Part shown: positions 1 to 9,568 of the stretch, piece by piece
How the letters are laid out: each line of letters begins with the position of its first letter
Position numbering within the stretch: the first letter of the stretch is position 1
Source: Bacteroidales bacterium UBA1216
GTDB taxonomy: Bacteria > Bacteroidota > Bacteroidia > Bacteroidales > Paludibacteraceae
DNA length: 64,000 nt
NCBI GenBank assembly: GCA_002309255.1
Contig: DBXI01000076.1
Span: 30,946 to 94,945, forward strand
Direction: 5' to 3'
Translations under genes and position numbers: made by a program
Notes under the pieces: generated by a model
What the model was told of the DNA's origin: nothing
The model's database searches: none
What the model saw: only the letters and a program-made list of their open reading frames with translations

Positions 1-386
1 TGATAGCGCTTGGGTTTGCCGTCGCGGTCGAGTGGGGCTTGTGGATCGGGTTGCTTGCGGAGCTGGGCTTGGAAGCGACGGCGGTAGTCGTCGAGGAGTG
101 CGAGTTGCTCGGCGGTTGGGGAATCATCGGGTTTGAGGGCGCTGAGCAGGGCGGTGGTTTGCTTGGCAGCCTCGCCGAAATGTTGGAGATGGGCAAGTTC
201 GGCGCCCATGGGCGGAGTGTGCTTGTAGTCACGAGGGTTGGCAACGAGGTAGGCCTCGGTGGCGCAGGTGTGGGTGACGATGCCGTTGGTGTCACGGAGG
301 TTCTTCTGGCGCTGGATGAACTGGTGCTTGCTGTCGAGGGCGCCGGTCATGCGTTCGACGGGGATATCGTAATGAATTTTAGCCAT
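1..386 (-). CDS. hypothetical protein; C-terminal end cut by the window edge
   Basis: Minus-strand frame is open from the ATG at 386-384 to the window edge (MAKIHYDIPVERMTGALDSKHQFIQRQKNLRDTNGIVTHTCATEAYLVANPRDYKH...). It is absent from the ORF track because no stop lies in the window. The listed + ORF 39..410 is its antisense shadow. No family recognised. Confidence 0.55.
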   Translation of the reverse strand, partial: MAKIHYDIPVERMTGALDSKHQFIQRQKNLRDTNGIVTHTCATEAYLVANPRDYKHTPPMGAELAHLQHFGEAAKQTTALLSALKPDDSPTAEQLALLDDYRRRFQAQLRKQPDPQAPLDRDGKPKRY

Positions 387-453
387 AATGGGTGTGTTTT
401 TGTGCGGTGACAGTACTGTGACGTACACGAAGTAAACGCTATGATTCAGTTGA

Positions 454-508
454 ATCACCTATTAATCACCTACTAATTACCTACTAATCACCTACTAATT
501 ACCTACTA
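454..508. repeat. 5 x 11-bp tandem repeat ATYACCTAYTA
   Basis: Read directly: atcacctatta|atcacctacta|attacctacta|atcacctacta|attacctacta. Units 2-5 form a 22-bp higher-order repeat. The array lies about 70 bp upstream of the minus-strand ATG at 386. Confidence 0.95.
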
Positions 509-732
509 AATTTAGGTGGGCGAACATTTGGAAATGGTACAAAAATCGAGCCAAAGGTGAAGATGGAGCGAGGAAAATGCATAATAAAACAGGTTGAGGC
601 ATGAAATATACAAGCAGAAAGTATGTGATGAAAAAGTTGAAGGTCTGCAACAAAAAACTTGAAGATATTGCATGCAGATGTAAAAAAAAACAAAAAAATG
701 GCGAAAAATTTGCATATATCAATTTTTTTTTG

Positions 733-740
733 TAACTTTG
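733..740 (+). promoter_or_regulatory. Bacteroidetes sigma-A -7 box TAACTTTG, with -33 TTTG at 709-712
   Basis: TAnnTTTG match with TTTG exactly 20 nt upstream, inside aaatttgcatatat. The ATG at 753 follows. Confidence 0.7.
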
Positions 741-752
741 CGGGCTTTTAGT

Positions 753-1454
753 ATGCGCGATAGTCGACGCTATATAGTATTATGCATGTTTGCGCTATGT
801 CTGTGTACTGCACAGGCGTGGGCGCAGCGTGTGGGCAGGAACCAGATTGAGTTCGGTCTGCAAGGGGGGATGATGTACTATATCGGTGATGCGCATCCGA
901 AGATGTTTCAGGACATAAGGGAGGTATATGGGGGTGAAGTGAGCTACCTGTTCAACCGGCGCTGGTCGCTGATGTTACAGGGCGGAACGGGGCGCATAGC
1001 AGGCTATCCGGCTACGGAGCAGGGATTGCCTGATCCGAAAGGTGAGAAGTGGACAAACAGGCTGGTGGATATAGATGTGGTGGCGCGCTTCAACTTCCTG
1101 CCGTTCGGGTTGAAGAACAAGTACGACAAGAGCGTCCGTCCATACACGCCGTATATATTTGCTGGCTTTGGTGTTGCGATGCACACGGGATTCACGAAAG
1201 TGACGCCGTACGTGCCGGTAGGAGTAGGGTTCAGGTGGATGTGCTCGGAGCATGTGGGTATGTTCGTGGCTTGGCAGAACAACATCTGCTTTGGCGATAA
1301 TCTGGAGCCGGTACCCGGATACGATAATATCCATAACCTGAACGGCAGCAACCCGCTGAACTGCGATATGACATCGACGATACAGTTTGGCATAGTTTTT
1401 GAAATCATACGGGAGAAGAAGATTTGTAAGTTCTGCACTGAGCATCATCAGTAG
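753..1454 (+). CDS. outer-membrane beta-barrel protein (DUF6089-like)
   Basis: Signal peptide [25 protein letters not shown] and alternating aromatic beta-strand pattern. Conserved position upstream of uppS-bamA in Bacteroidetes. The track start at 738 is a TTG inside the promoter box, so the ATG at 753 is preferred. Confidence 0.7.
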   Translation: MRDSRRYIVLCMFALCLCTAQAWAQRVGRNQIEFGLQGGMMYYIGDAHPKMFQDIREVYGGEVSYLFNRRWSLMLQGGTGRIAGYPATEQGLPDPKGEKWTNRLVDIDVVARFNFLPFGLKNKYDKSVRPYTPYIFAGFGVAMHTGFTKVTPYVPVGVGFRWMCSEHVGMFVAWQNNICFGDNLEPVPGYDNIHNLNGSNPLNCDMTSTIQFGIVFEIIREKKICKFCTEHHQ

Positions 1455-1464
1455 GTTCAAGGTG

Positions 1465-1483
1465 GTTTGAAATAGTTTCAAAC
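1465..1483 (+). terminator. 8-bp hairpin GTTTGAAA-tag-TTTCAAAC after the DUF6089-like gene
   Basis: Perfect inverted repeat 11 nt after the stop codon. There is no clean U-run, so it is weak as an intrinsic terminator. Confidence 0.35.
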
Positions 1484-1519
1484 AACTTCAAACAATATAA
1501 AACAAGCAAAAACTCTGAT

Positions 1520-2263
1520 ATGAGTAAGAAAGACGATATAGTACAAGAGCGGATACCGCGGCATATAGCCATCATCATGGATGGTAACGGTCGTTGGGCG
1601 AAGAAACAAGGCTTGGCGCGTATGTTCGGGCATAAGCAGGGGGTGACCACGGTGCATAACATCACCGAGGCGGCTGCTGAGATAGGTATAGAGTACCTGA
1701 CGCTGTACGCGTTCTCAACGGAGAACTGGAACAGACCGAAGGAGGAGGTGGATGCGCTGATGGCTCTACTGGTGGACACCATAGCCAAAGAGACACCCAC
1801 GCTGATGAAGAACAACGTGCGGTTGCTCACGATAGGCGACGTGGATCGATTGCCGAAAGCTACGCGGGAGAAGTTTTTGGGATGCATCCGTGAGACCTCG
1901 GTGAATACGGGCCTGAATCTCGTTCTGGCGCTATCGTACTCATCGCGTTGGGAGATGATTGAGGCTGCGAAGCGTATCGCGGCGGAGGTGAAGGAGGGGA
2001 AGATGAGCGTGGAGGATATCAACGAAGCCAGCATAAGCGAGCATCTGACCACGGCAGGTATTCCTGACCCCGATCTGCTGATACGTACATCCGGAGAACT
2101 ACGGATATCGAACTTCCTGCTGTGGCAGATAGCGTACAGTGAACTGTACTTCACCGACAGGCTCTGGCCCGAGTTCACGGTGGAGGATCTCTATGAGGCG
2201 ATAGTGGACTATCAGAAACGAGAAAGGCGCTTTGGCAAAACATCGGAACAAATAAAGAGTTGA
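1520..2263 (+). CDS. uppS: isoprenyl transferase (undecaprenyl-diphosphate synthase)
   Basis: [30 protein letters not shown] and [15 protein letters not shown] are cis-prenyltransferase signatures. Confidence 0.95.
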   Translation: MSKKDDIVQERIPRHIAIIMDGNGRWAKKQGLARMFGHKQGVTTVHNITEAAAEIGIEYLTLYAFSTENWNRPKEEVDALMALLVDTIAKETPTLMKNNVRLLTIGDVDRLPKATREKFLGCIRETSVNTGLNLVLALSYSSRWEMIEAAKRIAAEVKEGKMSVEDINEASISEHLTTAGIPDPDLLIRTSGELRISNFLLWQIAYSELYFTDRLWPEFTVEDLYEAIVDYQKRERRFGKTSEQIKS

Positions 2264-4860
2264 AAAAGTTCGCATACATAGTATTACTTCTCATGCTTGC
2301 TCTGCCTGTGGGGGCGCAAGATAGTGCGGCTGTATCATCTGCGGCTGCAACACCGAAGATTGAGTACGGGATGACGCGCAAAACCTACGAGATTGCCGGC
2401 ATAAGCGTGACTGGTGCGCCAAGCTATGAGGATTTTGTGCTGATCGGTTTCTCCGGCCTCGCCGTAGGCGACAAGATTGAGGTGCCCGGTGACCAGATCA
2501 CGAAGTGTATCCGCCGATTCTGGAAACAGGGTCTGTTCTCGGACGTGAAGATAGTGGCGAACAAGATAGAGGGCGACAAGATCTGGCTGGAGATCCAACT
2601 CAAGCAGCGTCCGCGCGTGAGCGACATTCAGTACAACGGGCTGAAGAAGAGCGAGAAGGAGGATGTGGAGGTGAAGGTGGGCATCAGCAAAGGTGCGCAG
2701 ATGACGCCTAACCTCGCCGATAGAGCCAAGACCGTGGTGATGAAGTACCTGGCAGAGAAAGGTTTCCACAACGCCCAGGTGCAGGTGCTGCAGCAGCCTG
2801 ATAGAGACAGAGAAGGCTACGTGAAGGTGTACGTGAATGTGGACAAACGCGAGAAAACGAAGATCGGCAAAATATACATCACCGGCAACGAAGCGCTGAC
2901 GCACACGCAGATCAACAAGGCGATGAAGAAGACGAACGACAATCACATCATCAACCTCTTCCGTACGAAGAAGTTCGTCACCGCTGAGTTTGAGAAAGAT
3001 AAGGTGGCGGTGATCGAGAAGTACAACGAGCTTGGCTACCGTGATGCATACATCGTGGCGGACAGTGTCGTTCCTAATCCCGAAGATCCGACGCGCGTGG
3101 ATGTTTATATGACCATCAACGAGGGAGATAAGTACTACGTTCGTTCTATCCGCTGGGTGGGCAACACCGTCTATCCGTACGAATATCTGGATGCTGTGCT
3201 CGGCATCAAACCCGGCTCGACGTATAACTTGAAGGAGCTGAACAAACGTCTGACGGAGGATGATGATGCGGTGTCGAAACTCTACACCGACCAAGGATAC
3301 TTGTTCTTTAATGTCGATCCGGTGGAGGTGAACGTGGATAACGACAGTATAGATTTTGAGATGCGCATCTACGAGGGGCGGCCGGCAACGATCAACGAGA
3401 TCAATATAGTAGGTAACACGCGCGTGTACGAGCACGTGGTTCGCCGTGAACTATACACCAAGCCTGGACAACTGTATTCGCAGTCGGATATTATGCGTTC
3501 GCTGCGCGAGCTGGCGCAGATGGGGCACTTCGATCAGGAGAAGCTGGTTCCGGATATTCAGCCTAATCCTGAGGACGGAACGGTGGATATCACCTATCAA
3601 CTGGAGACGAAGTCGTCCGACCAGATCGAGTTCTCGCTCGGATGGGGCGCAACGGGTATAGTAGGTTCGATAGGTCTGAAGTTTACGAACTTTGCTATCC
3701 AGAACCTGTTCAACAAGAAAGCCTACCGTATCGTTCCGCAGGGTGAGGGACAGACGTTCTCGATCAACGCGCGCACCAACGGCGTGTACTACACCTCGGC
3801 TTCAATCTCGTTCATGGAGCCTTGGTTGGGCGGCAAGCGTCCGAACTCGTTGTCAACATCGGTGTTCTTCGCCTCGCAGACCGGCTACTCTGATCGCTAC
3901 TATCAGGCGTACAGGAACCTATATAACTCCTACGCGTATAATTACGCGTACTACGGCAACTCCGACTACTACCAGCAGTTGGCGGAGTCCGAGGCCGACC
4001 CCGACAAGTACCTGCGCACCTTCGGCGTCAGCGTGGGATACGGCAAGCGACTGCGCTGGCCGGATGACTACTTCCAGTTCTACGGCGAGCTGTCGTACCA
4101 GGCTTACTGGATGAAGGACTGGGCGTATCTGTTGATATCGAACGGCACGAGCCATAACCTGGCACTTAATCTGCAGCTGTCGCGCTCCAGTATCGACAAC
4201 CCGATCTACACGCGCCGCGGATCGCAGTTCACTATCGGACTGAAGATCACTCCGCCTTGGTCGGTGTTTAACGGAAAGGACTACTCGAACATGACGACGT
4301 CCGAGCGCTACCACATGATTGAGTACCACAAGTGGAAGTTCAGCGGTAAGGTGTTCACTCCGCTCACGCGCGACTCCAAGCTGGTGCTGATGACGCGCTT
4401 CGACTTCGGCTACTTGGGACACTACAACAAGTACGCCAAGTCGCCGTTTGAGTCGTTCTACATGGGAGGTGACGGCATGTCGTCCTACTCATCGTATGCG
4501 ACCGACTACATATCGATGCGTGGCTATAGTTCGGGTTCGCTCACACCGTACGATGCGCAGACCGGACGTAACATGGGCTACTTGTACAACAAGTTCACGA
4601 TGGAGCTAAGGTATCCGATCTCGCTGGAGCAGAACGCGACGATCTGGGCACTGGCGTTCCTGGAGGCTGGTAACTGCTTCGCCGATATCAAGGATTATAA
4701 CCCGTTCAACCTGAAGCGTTCCGCCGGTGTGGGGGTGCGTGTATTCCTGCCGATGTTCGGATTGTTAGGTATCGACTGGGGGTGGGGCTTCGACCAGATC
4801 AACGGATCTGATCAGTACGGAAAGAGCCAGTTCCACTTCGTATTAGGACAAGAATTGTAA
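2260..4860 (+). CDS. bamA: outer membrane protein assembly factor BamA
   Basis: 866 aa with signal peptide, POTRA-like N-terminal repeats and a C-terminal Omp85 barrel ending ...[10 protein letters not shown]. Conserved uppS-bamA-ompH synteny. TTG start overlaps the uppS stop. Confidence 0.92.
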   Translation: MKKFAYIVLLLMLALPVGAQDSAAVSSAAATPKIEYGMTRKTYEIAGISVTGAPSYEDFVLIGFSGLAVGDKIEVPGDQITKCIRRFWKQGLFSDVKIVANKIEGDKIWLEIQLKQRPRVSDIQYNGLKKSEKEDVEVKVGISKGAQMTPNLADRAKTVVMKYLAEKGFHNAQVQVLQQPDRDREGYVKVYVNVDKREKTKIGKIYITGNEALTHTQINKAMKKTNDNHIINLFRTKKFVTAEFEKDKVAVIEKYNELGYRDAYIVADSVVPNPEDPTRVDVYMTINEGDKYYVRSIRWVGNTVYPYEYLDAVLGIKPGSTYNLKELNKRLTEDDDAVSKLYTDQGYLFFNVDPVEVNVDNDSIDFEMRIYEGRPATINEINIVGNTRVYEHVVRRELYTKPGQLYSQSDIMRSLRELAQMGHFDQEKLVPDIQPNPEDGTVDITYQLETKSSDQIEFSLGWGATGIVGSIGLKFTNFAIQNLFNKKAYRIVPQGEGQTFSINARTNGVYYTSASISFMEPWLGGKRPNSLSTSVFFASQTGYSDRYYQAYRNLYNSYAYNYAYYGNSDYYQQLAESEADPDKYLRTFGVSVGYGKRLRWPDDYFQFYGELSYQAYWMKDWAYLLISNGTSHNLALNLQLSRSSIDNPIYTRRGSQFTIGLKITPPWSVFNGKDYSNMTTSERYHMIEYHKWKFSGKVFTPLTRDSKLVLMTRFDFGYLGHYNKYAKSPFESFYMGGDGMSSYSSYATDYISMRGYSSGSLTPYDAQTGRNMGYLYNKFTMELRYPISLEQNATIWALAFLEAGNCFADIKDYNPFNLKRSAGVGVRVFLPMFGLLGIDWGWGFDQINGSDQYGKSQFHFVLGQEL

Positions 4861-4868
4861 AAAAAAAT

Positions 4869-5387
4869 ATGAAACGACTATTTGCATTGATAATTAGCGC
4901 TTTATGTCTCGCGGGAGCGTGCGGAGCGAAAGATAATACCGTCGCCTACGTCGATATGGCATACATTTTGAAGAATTTACCACAGTACGAGACGGCTAAT
5001 GAGCAGTTGACGATGATCGCCAAGCGCTGGCAAAAGGAGATCGATGCGCTGGAGCAGGAGGTAAGGGTGATGACCACGAACTACCAAACGGAGCAGATCT
5101 TCCTATCCGAAGACATGCGTCATCGGCGCGAGGAAGAGATCCTGGCGAAAGAGCAGGAGGCTATCGAGCTGAAGCGTAAGTACTTTGGCGAAGCAGGCGA
5201 ACTGGTGAAGAAGCGTGAAGCGCTACTCAAACCTATACAGGATGAGATATATGCCGCCATCCAGGAGCTGGCTAACGAGAAGCACATCGATGTGGTGAAA
5301 GACCGCTCGTCCGACCCGGGGCTGCTATATATGTCATCGAAGCTGGACTACTCGGATCAACTGCTGCAAAAACTCGGCGCAAAATAA
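4869..5387 (+). CDS. OmpH/Skp family periplasmic chaperone
   Basis: Signal peptide plus coiled-coil, Gln/Glu/Lys-rich 172-aa protein directly after bamA. Confidence 0.85.
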   Translation: MKRLFALIISALCLAGACGAKDNTVAYVDMAYILKNLPQYETANEQLTMIAKRWQKEIDALEQEVRVMTTNYQTEQIFLSEDMRHRREEEILAKEQEAIELKRKYFGEAGELVKKREALLKPIQDEIYAAIQELANEKHIDVVKDRSSDPGLLYMSSKLDYSDQLLQKLGAK

Positions 5388-5394
5388 AACCTCC

Positions 5395-5426
5395 GAATAC
5401 CGAGATAACTGAATACCGGGATAACG
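5395..5426. repeat. 2 x 16-bp tandem duplication GAATACCGRGATAACK
   Basis: gaataccgagataact|gaataccgggataacg, in the spacer between the two ompH genes. Confidence 0.9.
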
Positions 5427-5449
5427 AAAATAATAAAGAATATAACAAT

Positions 5450-5944
5450 ATGAAGAAATCATTAGTAATCATTGCTGTGCTGCTCGTATCGCTGGCAGCC
5501 AATGCACAGAAGTTCGGTTATGTTAACACGCAAGAGTTGTTCGTTCTTATGCCCGAGCTCAAGGATGTTCAGGCTCGCATGGATAGCTTGAACAAGCAAT
5601 ACGAAAACATGCTGATGCAGATGCAGGAGGAGTATCAGAAGAAACTCCAAGATTATCAGCAGAAGCAGAACACCCTGCCCGATGCAATGCGTCAGATCCA
5701 GGAGGAGGAGCTGTACTCGATGCAACAGCGTCTGCAGACCACCTATCAGGCTGCTCAGCAGGATATAGAGCAGAAGCGCGGTGAGTACCTCAAGCCCGTG
5801 AACGAACGAATGGCCAAAGCTATTCAGGATGTAGGTGCCGAAAACAAATATACGTACATCTTCGACTCTGCAGCTACCGTATATATCGCGCCCGAGGCGG
5901 ACAACGTGATGCCGCTGGTGAAGACGAAACTGGGCATCAAGTAG
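5450..5944 (+). CDS. OmpH/Skp family periplasmic chaperone (second copy)
   Basis: Signal peptide MKKSLVIIAVLLVSLAANAQ and an OmpH-like coiled coil. Tandem ompH pair is typical of Bacteroidetes. Confidence 0.85.
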   Translation: MKKSLVIIAVLLVSLAANAQKFGYVNTQELFVLMPELKDVQARMDSLNKQYENMLMQMQEEYQKKLQDYQQKQNTLPDAMRQIQEEELYSMQQRLQTTYQAAQQDIEQKRGEYLKPVNERMAKAIQDVGAENKYTYIFDSAATVYIAPEADNVMPLVKTKLGIK

Positions 5945-5953
5945 TAGAAAGTT

Positions 5954-6070
5954 ATGGCAGACGGCTATCTCGAATCGCACTACGCTGAGTACGAAAAGCG
6001 TAAAGCCGAGTGGCTACGCCGCAAACGTACAGCACCTCACCCTCTCAAACAAGAGGATGAGGCCTTGTGA
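5954..6070 (+). CDS. small conserved-looking ORF, 38 aa (MADGYLESHYAEYEKRKAEWLRRKRTAPHPLKQEDEAL)
   Basis: ATG at 5954, TGA at 6068-6070. Below the track length cutoff. The N-terminal D-x-YLE...EY motif resembles, from memory, the N-terminus of a Bacteroidales family often annotated 'dehydrogenase'. Confidence 0.45.
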   Translation: MADGYLESHYAEYEKRKAEWLRRKRTAPHPLKQEDEAL

Positions 6071-6084
6071 TAAAAAACAACACT

Positions 6085-7452
6085 ATGGAACAAATACAAT
6101 CTTTACTACGTGACAAGACTTGGGCACGTTGGACAGTGCTCGTGCTTGTGGCATCGATGATGTTCTTCGCATACATGTTCGTGGACATCTTGTCGCCACT
6201 GGCGTCATTGCTGAACGATACACTGGGTTGGGATCAGGGCGTGTTTGGCACGTATGCAGCTGGTGAGTACCTGCTGAACGTGTTCGGATTCCTGATCATC
6301 GCCGGTATTATCCTGGACAAGATGGGTGTGCGCTTCACCGGCCTGCTCAGTGCCTCGCTGATGGTAATCGGTGCGGCAATCAAGTACTGGGGTATATCGT
6401 GGGCGGATGCTAACACCGTAAGTTGGCTTAACTCGTGGTGGACAACGATGCCAGGTTCGGCTAAGCTGGCTATGTTCGGCTTCATGATCTTCGGCTGCGG
6501 CGCGGAGATGGCTGGCACAACGGTAAGCAAGATCCTCGCCAAGTGGTTCAAAGGCAAGGAGATGGCACTGGCTATGGGGCTGGAGATGGCTATCGCACGT
6601 CTGGGCGTGTTTGCCGCCATGTGGCTCTCGCCGATGTTCAGTTTGCACTTTGCAGTCAACGGCACGAACTCTGTGGTAGCACCGCTGCTGTTCTCCGCTC
6701 TGCTGCTCGTGATAGGCCTCTTGAATTTCTTCGTGTTCACGATTATGGACAATAAGTTCGACAAGCAACTCGTAGCTATCGGAGAAGCACCTGCCGTACA
6801 TGATCCGGAGGATGAGTTCCATGTGAGCGATCTGGGGAAGATCTTCTCGAGCAAGATGTTCTGGATCGTGGCTCTGCTGTGCGTGTTGTACTACTCGGCT
6901 ATCTTCCCCTTCCAGCGCTTTGCTACGAACTTCCTAGAGGAAACACTGAGCATCTCGAACGCTGAGGCTGCGGGGCTATTCAAGTGGTTCCCGATATTGG
7001 CGATGGTGCTGACGCCGTTCTTGGGCGCGTTCATCGACTACAAGGGCAAGGGCGCATCGATGATGATGTTAGGCGCTGTGATCATGATAGCCTGCCACTG
7101 CATCTTCGCCTTCGTGTTGCCCGCATATCCGAGCAAGGTGCTGGCGCTGATCACAATCCTCGTGCTGGGCGTGAGCTTCTCGCTGGTGCCGGCATCGATG
7201 TGGCCGAGTGTGCCTAAGATCATCGACGAGAAGGTGCTGGGTTCGGCTTACTGCCTGATCTTCTGGGTGCAGAACGTAGGCTTGTGCCTTGTGCCTCTGC
7301 TTATAGGCAAGCTGCGCGTGGCTACCGATGGCTATCTGGTGCCGATGATCGTGTTCGCATCATTCGGCGTACTGGCCTTCTTCCTGAGTCTGGCACTTAA
7401 GGTTGAGGATAAGAAGAAAGGTTACGGCCTCGAATTGCCCAACAAGAAATAA
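6085..7452 (+). CDS. MFS transporter
   Basis: About 12 predicted TM segments with an MFS-like loop (DKMGVRFTG). The ATG at 6085 is preferred over the track's GTG at 6067. Confidence 0.8.
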   Translation: MEQIQSLLRDKTWARWTVLVLVASMMFFAYMFVDILSPLASLLNDTLGWDQGVFGTYAAGEYLLNVFGFLIIAGIILDKMGVRFTGLLSASLMVIGAAIKYWGISWADANTVSWLNSWWTTMPGSAKLAMFGFMIFGCGAEMAGTTVSKILAKWFKGKEMALAMGLEMAIARLGVFAAMWLSPMFSLHFAVNGTNSVVAPLLFSALLLVIGLLNFFVFTIMDNKFDKQLVAIGEAPAVHDPEDEFHVSDLGKIFSSKMFWIVALLCVLYYSAIFPFQRFATNFLEETLSISNAEAAGLFKWFPILAMVLTPFLGAFIDYKGKGASMMMLGAVIMIACHCIFAFVLPAYPSKVLALITILVLGVSFSLVPASMWPSVPKIIDEKVLGSAYCLIFWVQNVGLCLVPLLIGKLRVATDGYLVPMIVFASFGVLAFFLSLALKVEDKKKGYGLELPNKK

Positions 7453-7453
7453 T

Positions 7454-8662
7454 ATGGATTGGTCATTTCTGATAGAGGATAAATCATCGCTTAACGTTAC
7501 GACCGACAGCCGTAAGATCACTCAGGGCTGCGTGTTCGTGGCGCTCAGGGGCGAGAACTTTGACGGCAACCGTTTTGCCTTGCAATCGCTGGAGCAGGGT
7601 GCTTCGTTCGCCATCGTGGATGACGAAGAGGTATACAACACCATCCTTGCCTCCGGAGAGTACTCCGCCCTGCTGGTCGAGAACAGTCTGCAGGCCTTGC
7701 AGGATCTGGCGCGCGAGTGGCGCCGTTACCTCGGCACGCGCATCATCGCCATCACAGGCACCAACGGCAAGACAACCACCAAGGAGCTCCTCGCCGCCGT
7801 GCTCAGCACGAAGTACAAGACGCACTACACACAGGGCAACCTGAACAACAGTATAGGCGTACCACTCACGCTACTGCAGTTGACGAGCGAACACGAGTTG
7901 GCGATTGTCGAGATGGGTGCTTCGCACCCCGGGGACATCAAGGAACTGGTGGAGGTAGCAGAACCGAACTGCGGACTGATCACCAATGTGGGCAGGGCGC
8001 ACTTGCAGGGCTTTGGCTCGTTCGAGGGCGTGATGCAGACCAAGGCCGAATTGTATGATTACTTGCGTGTGCACAGTGGCTTCTGCTTCCGCAATACGGA
8101 CAACCCTTATCTGGCACAGATGGCCGACAACCTGAAGACGGTTGCTTACACCACCGGCAAGATGCCCGAAGGCACGCAACTCGTCGGTGCATACAATAGC
8201 GAGAATATCCAAGCCGCGCTGTGCGTAGGCGAGTACTTTGGCGTCGATCGTGAGACAGGCTTGGCTGCTATACGCGTGTACGTACCTTCTAATAACCGCT
8301 CGCAACGCACTGTCACCGAACATAACACGCTCATCGTGGATGCCTACAACGCCAACCCGACCTCCATGACCGCTGCCATTCAGGCTTTCACAGGCGACAC
8401 GTATATTCTCGGGGCGATGAGAGAGTTAGGCGATTATTCGCACACCGAGCATCAGAACATCGTGAATATGTTGCTGGAGCGCAAGGCGGATCGAGTACTG
8501 CTCGTTGGCGATGAGTACCGCGAGACGACGGCACCTTATCCTATCTTCACGAATGTGGATGAGCTCTGCGAGCACCTCAAGCAACAGCCTATAGTTGGCT
8601 GCACAATCCTGATCAAAGGCTCGCGCAGCAATAAACTGGAAAATGTAATACCCTTGTTATGA
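7454..8662 (+). CDS. murF: UDP-N-acetylmuramoyl-tripeptide--D-alanyl-D-alanine ligase
   Basis: TTDSRKI...VFVALRGENFDGNRFA, GTNGKTTTKE P-loop and Mur ligase central and C-terminal domains. ATG at 7454 (MDWSFLIED...). Confidence 0.9.
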   Translation: MDWSFLIEDKSSLNVTTDSRKITQGCVFVALRGENFDGNRFALQSLEQGASFAIVDDEEVYNTILASGEYSALLVENSLQALQDLAREWRRYLGTRIIAITGTNGKTTTKELLAAVLSTKYKTHYTQGNLNNSIGVPLTLLQLTSEHELAIVEMGASHPGDIKELVEVAEPNCGLITNVGRAHLQGFGSFEGVMQTKAELYDYLRVHSGFCFRNTDNPYLAQMADNLKTVAYTTGKMPEGTQLVGAYNSENIQAALCVGEYFGVDRETGLAAIRVYVPSNNRSQRTVTEHNTLIVDAYNANPTSMTAAIQAFTGDTYILGAMRELGDYSHTEHQNIVNMLLERKADRVLLVGDEYRETTAPYPIFTNVDELCEHLKQQPIVGCTILIKGSRSNKLENVIPLL

Positions 8663-9543
8663 AAAAGAAAATAATTATACCTCTGCTCATTCTGCTGATA
8701 GCCGCCATCGGTGTTCTCACATACTTGTACTTCGCGCAAAAGCAGGAGATGGAGGAGATGGTGGAGCAGATGGAGTTTGAGAAATCCGAGTTGGAGGATG
8801 AGTACGAAGATTTGGCTATGCAGTTCGACGGCTACCGCACGCCGGATATCCACAACGATTCGCTCGCTGAACTGCTGAATCAAGAGCAGCAGCGCGTACG
8901 CGACCTGCTGGAAGAGCTACGTATCACCAAAGCTACCAACGCCCGCCGCATAGCCGAACTGAAGAAGGAGCTGGCTACCGTGCGCCAGGTGATGGTGTCG
9001 TACGTGCATCAGATTGACAGCCTCAATCAAACCAACCAGCGTTTGACGGCGGAGAACAAGCAAGTGCGCGAGCAGTACGCCGTGGTGCAACAGCAGGCTG
9101 AAGAGCTGCAGCAGCAGAACACGAACCTCACGGAAAAAGTGACGCGTGCATCGATGCTGGAGCTGACGGCCTTCAAGGTCACACCGCTCAACAAGAACGA
9201 CCGTAAGACCAACAACCTCAACCAGATGCAGAAGATACAGTTCGACTTCACCATCGGCAAGAACATCACCGCTGAGCGCGGACTGAAGCAGGTGTATATG
9301 CGTATCGTTCGTCCTGACGGCGAGCTGATCACCCTGCCTGATCCCGCATATAGGATGTTCCCGTTCGAGAACACTGAGATCGAGTACTCGCTGACCAAAG
9401 AGATAGAGTACGGTGGTGAGGCTTTGGACGAGACGCTCTATTGGAACGTAGGCGAGATCCTGTATAAGGGCACATACAACGCCGACTTCTTCATTGATGG
9501 GGCATTGATTGCTTCGTTCCCCTTCGAACTAAAGAAAAACTGA
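8659..9543 (+). CDS. membrane-anchored coiled-coil protein, function unknown
   Basis: N-terminal TM (IIIPLLILLIAAIGVLTYLYF), about 150 aa of Glu/Gln-rich coiled coil, then a beta-rich C-terminal domain. Start overlaps the murF stop by 4 nt. Confidence 0.7.
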   Translation: MKKKIIIPLLILLIAAIGVLTYLYFAQKQEMEEMVEQMEFEKSELEDEYEDLAMQFDGYRTPDIHNDSLAELLNQEQQRVRDLLEELRITKATNARRIAELKKELATVRQVMVSYVHQIDSLNQTNQRLTAENKQVREQYAVVQQQAEELQQQNTNLTEKVTRASMLELTAFKVTPLNKNDRKTNNLNQMQKIQFDFTIGKNITAERGLKQVYMRIVRPDGELITLPDPAYRMFPFENTEIEYSLTKEIEYGGEALDETLYWNVGEILYKGTYNADFFIDGALIASFPFELKKN

Positions 9544-9568
9544 TAGTTGCAAAACAAGGAATAAAGAA

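Noticed and set aside
39-410. 123-aa + strand ORF at the left edge
   Set aside because: It is Gly/Leu/Val/Ala-rich with no motifs. It lies exactly antisense to a better minus-strand frame with a proper ATG (386) and normal composition, so I treat it as a shadow ORF.
495-735. Several small ORFs in the AT-rich spacer: three minus-strand ORFs of 64-75 aa, and a 44-aa Lys-rich plus-strand ORF at 601..735
   Set aside because: Their low-complexity Phe/Leu/Cys-rich or Lys-rich translations come from a strongly skewed A/T-rich region. The plus-strand ORF runs into the promoter -7 box. There is no evidence of coding potential.
2335-3435. 366-aa minus-strand ORF
   Set aside because: It lies entirely antisense to bamA, which is confidently identified. 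Its His/Arg/Val/Leu-rich composition is typical of GC-rich antisense frames.
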